From an uncultured bacterium (lineage in GTDB: Bacteria > Oederibacteriota > PGYV01 > Palsa-1178), in the NCBI GenBank assembly GCA_937889595.1, contig CALAOR010000057.1, positions 7,500 to 71,499 on the forward strand: 64,000 nucleotides of DNA. The letters run 5' to 3'. Both the position numbers and the translations under genes were made by a program. Below are positions 45,677 to 55,704 of the stretch, one piece after another; the first letter of the stretch is position 1; each line of letters starts with the position of its first letter. The notes below the pieces were generated by a model. The model was not told the DNA's origin, did no database searches, and saw only the letters and a list, made by a program, of their open reading frames with translations.

Positions 45677-46864
45677 CTATGCGTGTTTTCCCGGCGTCAT
45701 CGCGGCTTTTCCGTCTCCGAGCAATACAATTAAACCAAAAACCCATATTACCAGCATTGCCATCAGGTAATAATACCCGCACAGGAGCTGTGGGGAAAAA
45801 AAACAAATCATATTTACTGAAAACAATACCAGTGCAAGCATGGAAAATTTTGATTTCAACGCCTGAATGGTGAAATAATACGCGACCGGCAGCAGCAATA
45901 TAAACGAATAATCCTTCATCCTCGGCACTATGAGCGCATAAGTCAATAATATGAAATAAATCCTTCCCAAAATATTATTATCTTTATTCCTGTTGACTGC
46001 AAAAACCGCGGCAGCAATGCAAAAAACCGCCCAGGCAATATAAACAGCCGCTGAAATGAATGTAATCCCGCCGCTTGCACCCGATCCCGCAAAAAAATCC
46101 CTGATGAACATAAAAGAAGAAGGATTGATTGCTCCTCCGCTCTCGCCTATCGGGCTGTTATTGATAAAATTAGGATACAGAGCCGGCATTAAGAGATACA
46201 AGACCGCCTGAATAAAGGCAAAAACAGCAAAAGACGCCGCAAGCCTTCGCAGGTTTTTCCATCCCCCTTCTGCGAGATAGGCAAAAAGGATCAAAATAGG
46301 CCAGAATTTCACCATAGATGCGGCTATTATGAAAGCGGAGAACGCCGCATGTTTTTTTTGAGTGAAGAAATACAGGCCTGTCCAGATAAGGAACTGCTCT
46401 ATTATGGATATATTGCCGACCTTTAGATCTATGTAAACCGCCGAGTGAAAACCGGCTATGAAAAAAATCATGAAAATCATCCCGCTTTTTTCTTTTATAA
46501 AAAACTTTTGCCATATATAAAAAAGGCCCATAAGCAGTATGATTTTCAGCCACAGATATATAGCGCAGGCAGTGTCATAATCAAACTCGACCAGCGGTCT
46601 GAAAATATATATGGAATAAGGCGCATACCGGTAAATAGTTTTAAGATCAAAGCCTGCTTCCCGGTTAATTGAGGCGCCTGAATAAGGGTTCAATCCGTCC
46701 TTAAACGCTTTTGCAGTGTAATAGTATATTTTGAAGTCATCCAGGGATTTGGTGCGGCGGTTTGAGTAAATACCCGCTGCCATATATAGAACAGCCAAAG
46801 CCGCGATTACATAAACGGCTATCCGGGTTGTTTTTTCATCCGGTAAAAACTTCTTTATATCCAA
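45677..46864 (-). CDS. GT87/DUF2029-like polyprenol-phosphate-sugar-dependent membrane glycosyltransferase
   Basis: DFKIYY..G.NPY, YRYAP, GN, multi-TM, A..KFWP. Confidence 0.8.
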   Translation of the reverse strand: MDIKKFLPDEKTTRIAVYVIAALAVLYMAAGIYSNRRTKSLDDFKIYYYTAKAFKDGLNPYSGASINREAGFDLKTIYRYAPYSIYIFRPLVEFDYDTACAIYLWLKIILLMGLFYIWQKFFIKEKSGMIFMIFFIAGFHSAVYIDLKVGNISIIEQFLIWTGLYFFTQKKHAAFSAFIIAASMVKFWPILILFAYLAEGGWKNLRRLAASFAVFAFIQAVLYLLMPALYPNFINNSPIGESGGAINPSSFMFIRDFFAGSGASGGITFISAAVYIAWAVFCIAAAVFAVNRNKDNNILGRIYFILLTYALIVPRMKDYSFILLLPVAYYFTIQALKSKFSMLALVLFSVNMICFFSPQLLCGYYYLMAMLVIWVFGLIVLLGDGKAAMTPGKHA

Positions 46865-47021
46865 AAAATCCTCCGCTTCATATTTTAATCCGGTAATCCG
46901 GGTATTTATTACAGTCCGGTATCCATCAAATCAAAACCAACCCGCTTGTTTTCGTCATTAATTGTACCCCAAAAAAAAATTAAATAAAGAAAATTTTTAT
47001 TCATTTATGGGAAAAATATCA

Positions 47022-47097
47022 GAGACTATCGGAAAACCCTCTATATTATGACTAATTTTCTTTAGTGTCCGTCAGAGGTCAGTTTTATTTATGGCCT
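47022..47097. mobile_element. Degenerate family A left-end remnant
   Basis: GAGACTATCGGAAAACCCT..ATGA..GTGTCCG..TATGGCCT. Confidence 0.5.
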
Positions 47098-47214
47098 CAA
47101 AGCTATACCTGACAACTCCTCCACCTTGCTTCCCGGTAAAGCTCCGGCTTATTGTCTCTAACACCCAAACACTGACCATCCACCTGTCTTTTTACCCAAA
47201 AACTCCTTTAATTC

Positions 47215-47243
47215 TTGACATACCCCATAATCCTTGTTAAAAT
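47215..47243 (+). promoter_or_regulatory. Sigma70 promoter
   Basis: TTGACA-N17-TAAAAT, followed by GGAGG and the TTG start. Confidence 0.7.
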
Positions 47244-47279
47244 AATCTGATTTTATTACTTAATTTATGGAGGAAAACT

Positions 47280-47903
47280 TTGAAAAACACCGTTTCTACA
47301 CGCCTGTTTTGCGTATTAATACTTTGTTCCCTGCCTTTTATTGCGGGCTGCGGGCCTGATGTCAAGGCGATGAGAAAAGCCGCTGCTTTAATAAACAGCT
47401 TTGAAACGCTGCCGTCCGAGCTTTCAATAGGCGACTTTGACCTGGATACTAACGGGTATGTAAATCTGGAACAGATAAAAAAGTATTCCTCGCAGGGCAA
47501 ATTCTCCGCAAAGGCCACGTTTTCCGTGCCTGTTGATTTCCTGACGACTACACAGGCAGCCAGGGCCAAAACATGGATAGCTTCGGTAACCATGGGCATA
47601 AATACACTTTCAAAATTGAAAAATACGACATGGCAGTATTATAAAAAGTTTGCCGTGGATATTTATGTGGCGGACCAGACGTCCCCTGATGTGTTTATCA
47701 AAATAGTGGACATGTCAGGCAATGAATACCTGACACAAAGGCCGCTTAAAAACGGCAGGAACAAACTTGAGATCGTGCTTGACGACGTCAAAAATACGCG
47801 CGTTAACACATCGGCCATCACATCTTTTTCAATATACATGGACACGGTTGCCCAGCCTAAGGACGTAGTGCTTTATCTGGACAATATCAGGCTGGTCTTA
47901 TAA
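47280..47903 (+). CDS. Lipoprotein with CBM-like beta-sandwich
   Basis: Lipobox IAGC; C-terminal VLYLDNIRL typical of CBM/galactose-binding folds. Confidence 0.65.
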   Translation: MKNTVSTRLFCVLILCSLPFIAGCGPDVKAMRKAAALINSFETLPSELSIGDFDLDTNGYVNLEQIKKYSSQGKFSAKATFSVPVDFLTTTQAARAKTWIASVTMGINTLSKLKNTTWQYYKKFAVDIYVADQTSPDVFIKIVDMSGNEYLTQRPLKNGRNKLEIVLDDVKNTRVNTSAITSFSIYMDTVAQPKDVVLYLDNIRLVL

Positions 47904-47908
47904 TCCCG

Positions 47909-48781
47909 ATGAAACTGCACGCCGGCGTCATACTGGACCTGCTCAGGGTCAAACAGTGGACAAAAAACCTCCTGATATATGCCGCGCTTATTTTCACGAA
48001 TAACCTTTTTAATCCGGTCTATTTTGGCAAAGTCACCGTGGGTTTTTTCCTGCTTTGTTTCGCGGCAAGCTCCCTTTATATCTTTAACGATCTGGCTGAC
48101 TATAAATCAGACAAACTTCACCCGCAGAAAAAAAACAGGCCCATCGCCGCCAGCGCAGTTCAGAAGGATTTTGCATGGTTCTTGGGCATACTCCTCATGG
48201 TAATATCGCTCATCGGTTCTTTTTTTCTTAACTTCCATTTTTTTCTCCTCATAATCGTTTATCTAGCCATGACGACCTCTTATACTTTAAGTTTAAAACA
48301 CGTTGTCATAATTGACGTCTTTATATTGTCTGCTGGTTTTGTTTTAAGGGCCATTGCCGGCGCGCTTGTCCTGTCCGTCAGCATATCTCCGTGGCTGTTG
48401 ATTTGCACGTTCCTGCTTGCGCTGTTTTTGGCCTTTGCGAAAAGACGCAATGAACTCACCATCCCCGACGCGCACAAACACAGAAAAATCTTGGAGGAAT
48501 ATTCCATCCCACTTCTTGATGAAATGATATCCGTGGTCACGGCGTCAACGGTCATCGCTTACTCGTTATATACCTTTACCTCATCCACGGCCGCAAAACA
48601 CAACTATCTCATGCTGACGATCCCTTTTGTGTTATACGGCATATTCAGGTATTTGTACCTTGTGCACAAGAAAAATATGGGTGGAAGCCCGGAGTCAATA
48701 CTTCTTAAGGACAAACCCACCCTGGTAAACATAGTGCTATTTGTATCGGCCACCATCATAATCGTTTATTTTATAAAATGA
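47909..48781 (+). CDS. UbiA-family decaprenyl-phosphate phosphoribosyltransferase-like protein
   Basis: LRVKQWTKNLL, YIFNDLAD..DKLHP.KKNRPIA, GFVLRA.AG, KRRNE, YGIFRY. Confidence 0.9.
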   Translation: MKLHAGVILDLLRVKQWTKNLLIYAALIFTNNLFNPVYFGKVTVGFFLLCFAASSLYIFNDLADYKSDKLHPQKKNRPIAASAVQKDFAWFLGILLMVISLIGSFFLNFHFFLLIIVYLAMTTSYTLSLKHVVIIDVFILSAGFVLRAIAGALVLSVSISPWLLICTFLLALFLAFAKRRNELTIPDAHKHRKILEEYSIPLLDEMISVVTASTVIAYSLYTFTSSTAAKHNYLMLTIPFVLYGIFRYLYLVHKKNMGGSPESILLKDKPTLVNIVLFVSATIIIVYFIK

Positions 48782-49737
48782 TACTAACCGTCACACTGAA
48801 CTCTACCATAGACATCGTAGTGCCCTTAAGTACTTTAATCCTCGGAACTGTTTCCCGCACCAGGGCCATATACACTTACCCCGGAGGCAAGGCAGCCAAT
48901 GTGGCCCGTGCCTTAAAGCAGCTCGGCGGCAAACCCCATGCTTTTGGTTTTGTGGGCATACGCGATTCGCGCGAGACGGAGCATTTTTTAAGGCATCACG
49001 GGGTTCCATCATCGTACATACCCTGCACGGGTTCGAACAGGATATGCCTTCTTTTAACAGAAACAAATGGCGCCTTCAGGGAAACGATAATAAACAGCGA
49101 GTCCGACATTGACATAAAAGAAAAAGATATCCGGCTTTTTTTCAAAAAGCTGAAAGAACTTACAAAAAAATCATCCCACGTTATTTTTTCAGGGAGCATG
49201 CCGGTGTCTTTGCCCCCTGATTTCTACGCAAAAGCCATAAGATCAGTTGATAAAAATTGCATCCCCATGCTTGACACTTCGTCCAAATATCTTTTTCACG
49301 GCATAAAAGCCTCCCCAGGCATAATAAAACAAAACTTAAGCGAACTTGAATCAGCCTTTCACGTAAAGCTTTCATCGCCGCCGAAAATCATGGAATTTAT
49401 ATCCGGCCTTTCGGAGAAATACGGCGTGCATGTGATCATCGTCACAATGAACGAAAAAGGATCGCTTGTTTTTGATAACGGCAGTTTTTATTTTTTCCCG
49501 GCTGTACGGGTTAAAGATCCGGTTTCCCCGGTCGGCTCCGGGGACGCGTATTCCGCCGGATTGCTTTACGGATTGTCAAAGGGAGAGTCCGTAAAAAATT
49601 CGTGCAAATGGGCCGTCGCGGCCGCGGCCGCAAATTTAGGGCACTTAGGTTCGTGTTTTATAAACAGAAACGACGTGGTGAAGTATATAAAAAAAGTAAA
49701 AATAATGGCAATTAAGAATTTAAAATTCAAAATGTAA
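48778..49737 (+). CDS. PfkB-family 1-phosphofructokinase/tagatose-6-P kinase-like protein
   Basis: TVTLN..ID, GGKAANVA, SGS, K.N..E, VGSGDA. Confidence 0.88.
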   Translation: MILTVTLNSTIDIVVPLSTLILGTVSRTRAIYTYPGGKAANVARALKQLGGKPHAFGFVGIRDSRETEHFLRHHGVPSSYIPCTGSNRICLLLTETNGAFRETIINSESDIDIKEKDIRLFFKKLKELTKKSSHVIFSGSMPVSLPPDFYAKAIRSVDKNCIPMLDTSSKYLFHGIKASPGIIKQNLSELESAFHVKLSSPPKIMEFISGLSEKYGVHVIIVTMNEKGSLVFDNGSFYFFPAVRVKDPVSPVGSGDAYSAGLLYGLSKGESVKNSCKWAVAAAAANLGHLGSCFINRNDVVKYIKKVKIMAIKNLKFKM

Positions 49738-49801
49738 AATTAAGGATTGGCCCTTGCAATATTATAATTAAACCGCGAAGCGAAACAATAATTTTAAATT
49801 T

Positions 49802-50704
49802 TCAATTGCCATTATAATACGGTTCTATATGAACAAGTACGTTCACATCGCCGTACATCTCCGCGATCTTTGTTTCTATTTTTGTCGTAAGTTCGTGCGA
49901 GGCTTCAACGGTCATCTTTTTATCGACTTTGACGTGCATATCCACAAATATAGTTGAACCGCTCTGGCGCGTCCTTATTTTGTGATAAGCCTTTATTTCC
50001 TCGAAACATTTTAACATCCCGTCTATCTTAACCAGTTCCTCCTCGTTTAAACCTTTATCTATTATCTGGTGGGTTAAAGTGTACGACAGCCTTATAAATA
50101 TGCCGATAACCCATACACCCACTAATATGGCGCCGACCGGGTCTATCCACCAGAGGTTTGTCAGCTGCATGATGCCGAGCGCGACAGCTATGCCAAAGGA
50201 CGTGACAACATCGGCGCGCAGGTGTTCCCCGTCCACTTCTATGCCCACGGAGCGTAGTTCTTTTCCTTTTTTTATAAGGTACACGGACACAAACAGGTTT
50301 ACCAGTCCAGAGACTAACATCACAATAATACCGGCAATTATCAATTTTGGGTGGGATTTATCAATAAATTTCCTGTAACCTTCATATATTATACCCAGGC
50401 CTATTATAAGAATAAGGATGTTTTCTATCCATCCCGTGATTATCTCCACCTTGCCGTGCCCGTAAGGATGTTCCCTGTCCGGCGGCCTTAAGGAACCTTT
50501 AACCCCGAAATAAGCTATCACTGACGCGAGCAGGTCGTTTGCGGAATGAAGCGCTTCCGCAACTATACTGACCAATCCGGTCAATATCCCAACCGTTATT
50601 TTCATCAGCACAAGCGCTATGTTTGAAATCACCGATAGTATTATTGCCTTCTCTTTTTCCTTCTTTATCTTTTCAACCAGGCCATTGCAGTTATTGTCTT
50701 GCAA
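49802..50704 (-). CDS. Cation diffusion facilitator (FieF-like)
   Basis: EALHS.ND, PPDREHPYGHGK.E, HLRAD, VHIEP. Confidence 0.93.
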   Translation of the reverse strand: MQDNNCNGLVEKIKKEKEKAIILSVISNIALVLMKITVGILTGLVSIVAEALHSANDLLASVIAYFGVKGSLRPPDREHPYGHGKVEIITGWIENILILIIGLGIIYEGYRKFIDKSHPKLIIAGIIVMLVSGLVNLFVSVYLIKKGKELRSVGIEVDGEHLRADVVTSFGIAVALGIMQLTNLWWIDPVGAILVGVWVIGIFIRLSYTLTHQIIDKGLNEEELVKIDGMLKCFEEIKAYHKIRTRQSGSTIFVDMHVKVDKKMTVEASHELTTKIETKIAEMYGDVNVLVHIEPYYNGN

Positions 50705-52114
50705 TTATCGCCTCTTTTTTGTATTTATGGTCAGTTCCGGATTTTTGCCGTTGTTGACCGTAATAGGAACAGCTTTTTCAAGTATATATGTGGCTTCAAC
50801 ATAGATCACATAAGCGCCTATGGGCAATGCCGTGAATTTAAACCTGCCGTCATCATCGGTGTAAGCGGTATAAACTTTATCCGTGTGCTTGCTTAATGCT
50901 TTCATTTTTATGCCCTTTTGCACCGGCATATTATCCATGAAAACCCTGCCTCCCAGATTGGAACGCAGCATCATATCAGGGGTTGAGGTCGGCACAGGCA
51001 CATGGGTGGCTTTTCTTTTGGGCTTTTTTACAGGTACTTTAGTGGCGGTATTTGCAGGGGTCGGGGTTTTCCTCGAGGCTTTTGTAGCCTCCGGCGCCGG
51101 TGTGGGCGCAGCAGGAACAGGCGTAAATGTTTGCATGGGCACAGCAGTAGGCTGCGGCGCGGGCCTTACCTTTTTTATTTCAAGGTACTTGGGCGCGCCT
51201 GCCACTTCTATCTCAGCTGTTATTTCGCCCTGGTCCGGATTTATAACAGCCACTTTTCCCGACGCCGCGCCCTGTTCGTATCCGGCTACAAAAATCCTGG
51301 AGCCCGACGCTGTCTTTCCGAAATCACAGTCATACACCGGATAATCAAGCCCTACCGATGACGGCTTTGTGAACCCTTTTAATTCAAATATATCTATGCC
51401 GTTCGTAACCGCCACATAAAGCATATTATTATACGCCGCAAGCCCGCGCGGCATATCTGTGGTCACTACCTCATTAATAACGGTATTTTTCTTCATATCA
51501 ATGACGGAAACAGATGCCATCCCTTCATTTGACACAAAAAGCAGCCTGTTATTATAAGTGCACATTGTCCATGGATCCGTGCTTACGGGTATCACGCCTG
51601 TCACTTTATTGCTGCTTAAATCGAGAAGAGCCACGCCTCCCATATCCGATAATGCAATATATGCTTTTCTGTCGTCGTCCGTGATCACTATGGCCTTCGG
51701 GCTGCCGGGCAAAGATATGGGATCCCCGGCCGCTTCAAAAGTATCCGTTTTAATTATTGTCACATTGTTTGCCTTACCGCTTATCACATAAACCGCTTTA
51801 TTGTCGTTCCTCACGGCCAGTCCGGTGGGCCCGTAACCAACATTCACAAAATCCGCGTCAGGGGTCAGGTTTTTGCATTTTATCCTGTACAAAGCGTTTG
51901 TATCCGCGCTGATAAAATACAGGTACTTCTCTTCGGGGTCGAGTTTTATGTCTACAACGGACATTTTAAGCGGTATTTCGCTTAAAACTTCATTGACTGC
52001 TGTGTCAATTACGGTTATTTTTTTGAGTTTTTCGTGGGACACATAAAGGTTGGGCGCGCCGTAAAGAACCGATGCAAATACGATCAGGACAACCGCGGAT
52101 AAAAAATTTTTCAT
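50705..52114 (-). CDS. Exported YVTN/YncE beta-propeller with Pro/Thr linker and C-terminal beta-sandwich
   Basis: Repeated V.VID..YV motifs; TDDDGRFKF..LP.GAY.I.V C-terminal domain. Confidence 0.8.
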   Translation of the reverse strand: MKNFLSAVVLIVFASVLYGAPNLYVSHEKLKKITVIDTAVNEVLSEIPLKMSVVDIKLDPEEKYLYFISADTNALYRIKCKNLTPDADFVNVGYGPTGLAVRNDNKAVYVISGKANNVTIIKTDTFEAAGDPISLPGSPKAIVITDDDRKAYIALSDMGGVALLDLSSNKVTGVIPVSTDPWTMCTYNNRLLFVSNEGMASVSVIDMKKNTVINEVVTTDMPRGLAAYNNMLYVAVTNGIDIFELKGFTKPSSVGLDYPVYDCDFGKTASGSRIFVAGYEQGAASGKVAVINPDQGEITAEIEVAGAPKYLEIKKVRPAPQPTAVPMQTFTPVPAAPTPAPEATKASRKTPTPANTATKVPVKKPKRKATHVPVPTSTPDMMLRSNLGGRVFMDNMPVQKGIKMKALSKHTDKVYTAYTDDDGRFKFTALPIGAYVIYVEATYILEKAVPITVNNGKNPELTINTKKRR

Positions 52115-52617
52115 GAATGCCTCCGTGTGTTATGTTTTTTATTTTTATTTGCCAATTTCTTTTTCTTTCTGCCTTTCATGAGCTTTGCCGCTTTTTTTGT
52201 TGTCCTTCTTATCCTGTAGCTTAAAAATTTCAGCAGCACGCCCACGACTTTAAACCCGGTTTTGGCATACTCGTTTTTAAGTTTTTCAAAGCCTTCTTTG
52301 GACAGTTTTACAAGTTCCACATCGCCTAAGGCTTCCACTGTAGCCGACCGAGGTGAGCCGTCTATAAGGGCGAGTTCCCCGAAGAACTCCCCTTCAGTCA
52401 GCGACGTTATTAATTTTTTTCTCGTCTTGTTTTCCTTAAATATCCTGACAACTCCCTTATTTATTATATACATTCCGTCGCCAGGTTCATTTTCCTTAAA
52501 TATGGCCTGGCCACTGCCGTACTTTTTCTCTTCGCAGATTTTTGCGAGTGTTTCTATGTCATCCGAATCAAAATCCCTGTAAATCGGGTATTCGGTCAAA
52601 AAATACAGATCTGCCAT
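52111..52617 (-). CDS. Stand-alone cyclic-nucleotide-binding domain protein
   Basis: GEFFGELALIDGSPRSATV phosphate-binding cassette; no HTH. Confidence 0.9.
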   Translation of the reverse strand: MADLYFLTEYPIYRDFDSDDIETLAKICEEKKYGSGQAIFKENEPGDGMYIINKGVVRIFKENKTRKKLITSLTEGEFFGELALIDGSPRSATVEALGDVELVKLSKEGFEKLKNEYAKTGFKVVGVLLKFLSYRIRRTTKKAAKLMKGRKKKKLANKNKKHNTRRHS

Positions 52618-52729
52618 GTGAACCTCCTGAAATAACCGCGTATTTATTTCATTATTATATCATATTTTTTTTAAAAATTCCTTTTGACTGTTGTGACCCT
52701 AAAGAATATTGAGATCATTGAGATTGCCT

Positions 52730-54400
52730 TTACTCCCGATACTTATTCGTGATCGGCATGCGCCTGTCCCTGCCAAAAGCCTTCGGAGTTATCTTTATCC
52801 CGGGTGGGGCCTGCCTTCTCTTGTATTCGTTTATGTCAATCATGCGTATGACCCGCCGCAGGGTTTCATCGTCGTACTTGCCCTTTAAGTCGCCGTAAGT
52901 CCTGTCATTTTCCACGTAGTCTTCAATTATTTTATCCAGCACTTCATACTCAGGCAGGGAATCAGAGTCTTTCTGGTTGAATTTCAGTTCTGCCGTAGGA
53001 GCTTTTTTAATTATGTTCTCCGGTATCAGTCCGTAACCGGCTTTTTTGTTTATCATGTCTGAGATCCTGTAAACAAGGGTCTTGGGCACATCCTTGATCA
53101 CCGCGAACCCGCCCGCCATATCGCCGTATAAAGTGGCATAACCGGTTGACATCTCGCTTTTATTTCCGGTTGTAAGCACCAGCCAGTTAAACTTATTGGA
53201 TAGGGCCATATTTATGTTTCCCCGTATCCTCGCCTGCAGGTTCTCTTCCGTGGTGTCAGGCTTTGTTCCCTTGAACTCATCCCTTAATTTATCAAAAAAA
53301 ATGTCCACTGTTTCCTGTATGCCTATATTTTTCATTTTTATTTTAAGGTTATTACACAGTTTCTCAGCGTCATCATGTGATTCCCGTGAAGAAAATTTGG
53401 ACGGCATAAAAACAAGATTTACATTTTCCGGTCCCAAAGCTTCGGCCGCTATGACCGCTACAAGCGCGGAATCTATTCCCCCGCTTAAACCCAGAACCAC
53501 TTTTTTAAAATTATTCTTTCTGACATAATCCCTGGTACCCGTGACTAAAGCCTGGTAAACTTCCTCTTCCGCGAAAAACGGCTCGTATTTTTCCGTCAGC
53601 GCTATTTCAGGCTTTACATCCTGCTTTCCTTTATGGTCCGGTCCCCTGTCTTTTAAACTCAAAGGGTAGTCAAATACTATATCCTGTTCTTTAAACTGCC
53701 GGCCCTGCAGAAGCACCGAGCCTTTTGGGCCTATGACAAGGCTGTGCCCGTCAAAAACAAGTTCATCCTGCCCGCCTGTAAGGTTGCAATAAACAAGTGT
53801 AGCTGCGTATTTTTTTGCCTGTCTCTTAAAAAGCACTGTCCTCTCCCTCCACTTTTCCAGATGGTAAGGCGACGCGCTGATATTTATCAATATGTCTATT
53901 TTACCTTTCTGTTTTTCCAGGGCTTTATACGGCTGCCATAGATCCTCACATATGGTAAGCCCCATGCTTACCCCTTTCACCCTAAAAACCAGCCCTTTTG
54001 TCCCGGCATTGAAATACCTTTTTTCATCAAACACGCCGTAGTTCGGCAGGTTTATCTTGTCATATGTGGCCTTTATTTTTCCACCCGATATTACGGCCGC
54101 GGAATTATACAGGCCGCCATTTTTAAAATTGACATACCCGACAATTGCCATAACACCCGCAGTTGCACCCGCTATTTCTTCCAGCGCCTTGATATTATTT
54201 GCGACAAATCTTTTTTTATGCAGCAGGTCTTCGGGCGGGTATCCTGTAATTGTCATTTCTGGAAATATTATAATATCCGCCTTTAACATGGCGGCTTTTT
54301 TTATCCTGCTGATTATAAGGTCCTTATTGCCGCTTATGTCGCCTACCGATGTGTTGATCTGTGCGAGAAAGAACCTTATTTTTTTACTGTTATTTTTCAT
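52730..54400 (-). CDS. nadE: Glutamine-dependent NAD+ synthetase
   Basis: Nitrilase domain (FPE, K, ICEDLW) plus LSGGIDS, ENLQARIRG, TGNKSE, GYATLYGD. Confidence 0.96.
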   Translation of the reverse strand: MKNNSKKIRFFLAQINTSVGDISGNKDLIISRIKKAAMLKADIIIFPEMTITGYPPEDLLHKKRFVANNIKALEEIAGATAGVMAIVGYVNFKNGGLYNSAAVISGGKIKATYDKINLPNYGVFDEKRYFNAGTKGLVFRVKGVSMGLTICEDLWQPYKALEKQKGKIDILINISASPYHLEKWRERTVLFKRQAKKYAATLVYCNLTGGQDELVFDGHSLVIGPKGSVLLQGRQFKEQDIVFDYPLSLKDRGPDHKGKQDVKPEIALTEKYEPFFAEEEVYQALVTGTRDYVRKNNFKKVVLGLSGGIDSALVAVIAAEALGPENVNLVFMPSKFSSRESHDDAEKLCNNLKIKMKNIGIQETVDIFFDKLRDEFKGTKPDTTEENLQARIRGNINMALSNKFNWLVLTTGNKSEMSTGYATLYGDMAGGFAVIKDVPKTLVYRISDMINKKAGYGLIPENIIKKAPTAELKFNQKDSDSLPEYEVLDKIIEDYVENDRTYGDLKGKYDDETLRRVIRMIDINEYKRRQAPPGIKITPKAFGRDRRMPITNKYRE

Positions 54401-54501
54401 TTATTATTCTCTTTATCTCTCTTTTGAGTATTTTTTTCCTGCCGTGTGCGTGGCGGTGCGTAACGAAGGCCCTGCGTTTGAATCAATCCCAATTTCTGCT
54501 T

Positions 54502-55704
54502 TTAGACTTTTTCATAAGGGTCAAAAAGTTTTTTGTATTCCTCAAGTATAAACCTGTCAGTCATTCCTGCGATGTAGTCGCATATGACGCGCCTTATTGA
54601 ATCCCTTCCGAGGCGTTTTCTCGCTTCAGGAGGCAGTATGGATGACTCCACGCCTCTTTTGTCCACCACCGACCCGCGCTTGTCATATATCCTGAATAAT
54701 TCCTCTATTATTTTCTCGGCTTTATATTCCATGCGTATAACCTTATAATGCTTATAAAAATTTTTGTACAAAAACACCTTTAAGTCCTTGTGCGTTTTTT
54801 TCATATCATCGTCAAATTCGACCAGATTCTTTTTATAATTCCTGACTTTTTCAACTGAATCTATGCCGTGCTCTTTTATGTTTAAAATGGTATTTTCCAC
54901 CAGGTTTGTCACCTGCAGGTTGATCAAAGCCCGGCATATGTTATACTTTTTCATATCCAGCGGCAGGCTGTCAAACTTGATCTTATCCAGGGTCTTTTCT
55001 ATTTTTCCCCAGATGACGGTTTCCTTGAGCATTTCGACGCTAAGGATCCCCGCAGTTATTCCGTCATCCATATCGTGGGAATTATAGGCGATCTCATCAG
55101 CCAGGTTTACTATCTGGGCTTCCATGGTCGGCGACAGGTTCGGGTCATAATCTTTGCACGCGGGATTGTCATATTCGGTCGAGTGTTTTATTATTCCCTC
55201 TTTTGTTTCCCATGTCAGGTTTATGCCGTCAAAATCCGGGTATTTTTGCTCCAACTCGTCCAATACCCTTAAGCTCTGCTTATTATGTTCAAACCCGCCG
55301 TCTTCCTTCATGAGCCTGTTTAAAACCGTCTCCCCGGAGTGTCCGAACGGCGTGTGGCCTATATCGTGCGCGAGCGCGACAGACTCTGTGAGTTCCTCAT
55401 TTAAGCGCAGTGTTTTCGCGACGGACCTTGCTATCTGCGCCACCTCGCTTGTATGCGTCAGCCGTGTCCTGTAATAATCGCCTTCGAGGTTCACAAACAC
55501 CTGCGTTTTGTATTCAAGCCTCCTGAAAGCCGTAGAGTGTATTATCCTGTCCCTGTCCCGCTGGTAAACGGACCTGAACGGGTGCTCCTCTTCTTTATAC
55601 CTGCGGCCCTTGGTCTGCGAACTTTTCATTGCATAGCTGGCAAGCGTTTCTTCCTCAAACTCCTCGAGTTTTTTTCTTGTAAGCAGGTACTGGGTTTCTT
55701 TCAT
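54502..55704 (-). CDS. dgt: dGTP triphosphohydrolase-like HD protein
   Basis: RDRDRIIHS.AFRRL..KTQVF, RTRLTH, HDIGHTPFGHSGE, DYIAGMTD. Confidence 0.92.
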   Translation of the reverse strand: MKETQYLLTRKKLEEFEEETLASYAMKSSQTKGRRYKEEEHPFRSVYQRDRDRIIHSTAFRRLEYKTQVFVNLEGDYYRTRLTHTSEVAQIARSVAKTLRLNEELTESVALAHDIGHTPFGHSGETVLNRLMKEDGGFEHNKQSLRVLDELEQKYPDFDGINLTWETKEGIIKHSTEYDNPACKDYDPNLSPTMEAQIVNLADEIAYNSHDMDDGITAGILSVEMLKETVIWGKIEKTLDKIKFDSLPLDMKKYNICRALINLQVTNLVENTILNIKEHGIDSVEKVRNYKKNLVEFDDDMKKTHKDLKVFLYKNFYKHYKVIRMEYKAEKIIEELFRIYDKRGSVVDKRGVESSILPPEARKRLGRDSIRRVICDYIAGMTDRFILEEYKKLFDPYEKV

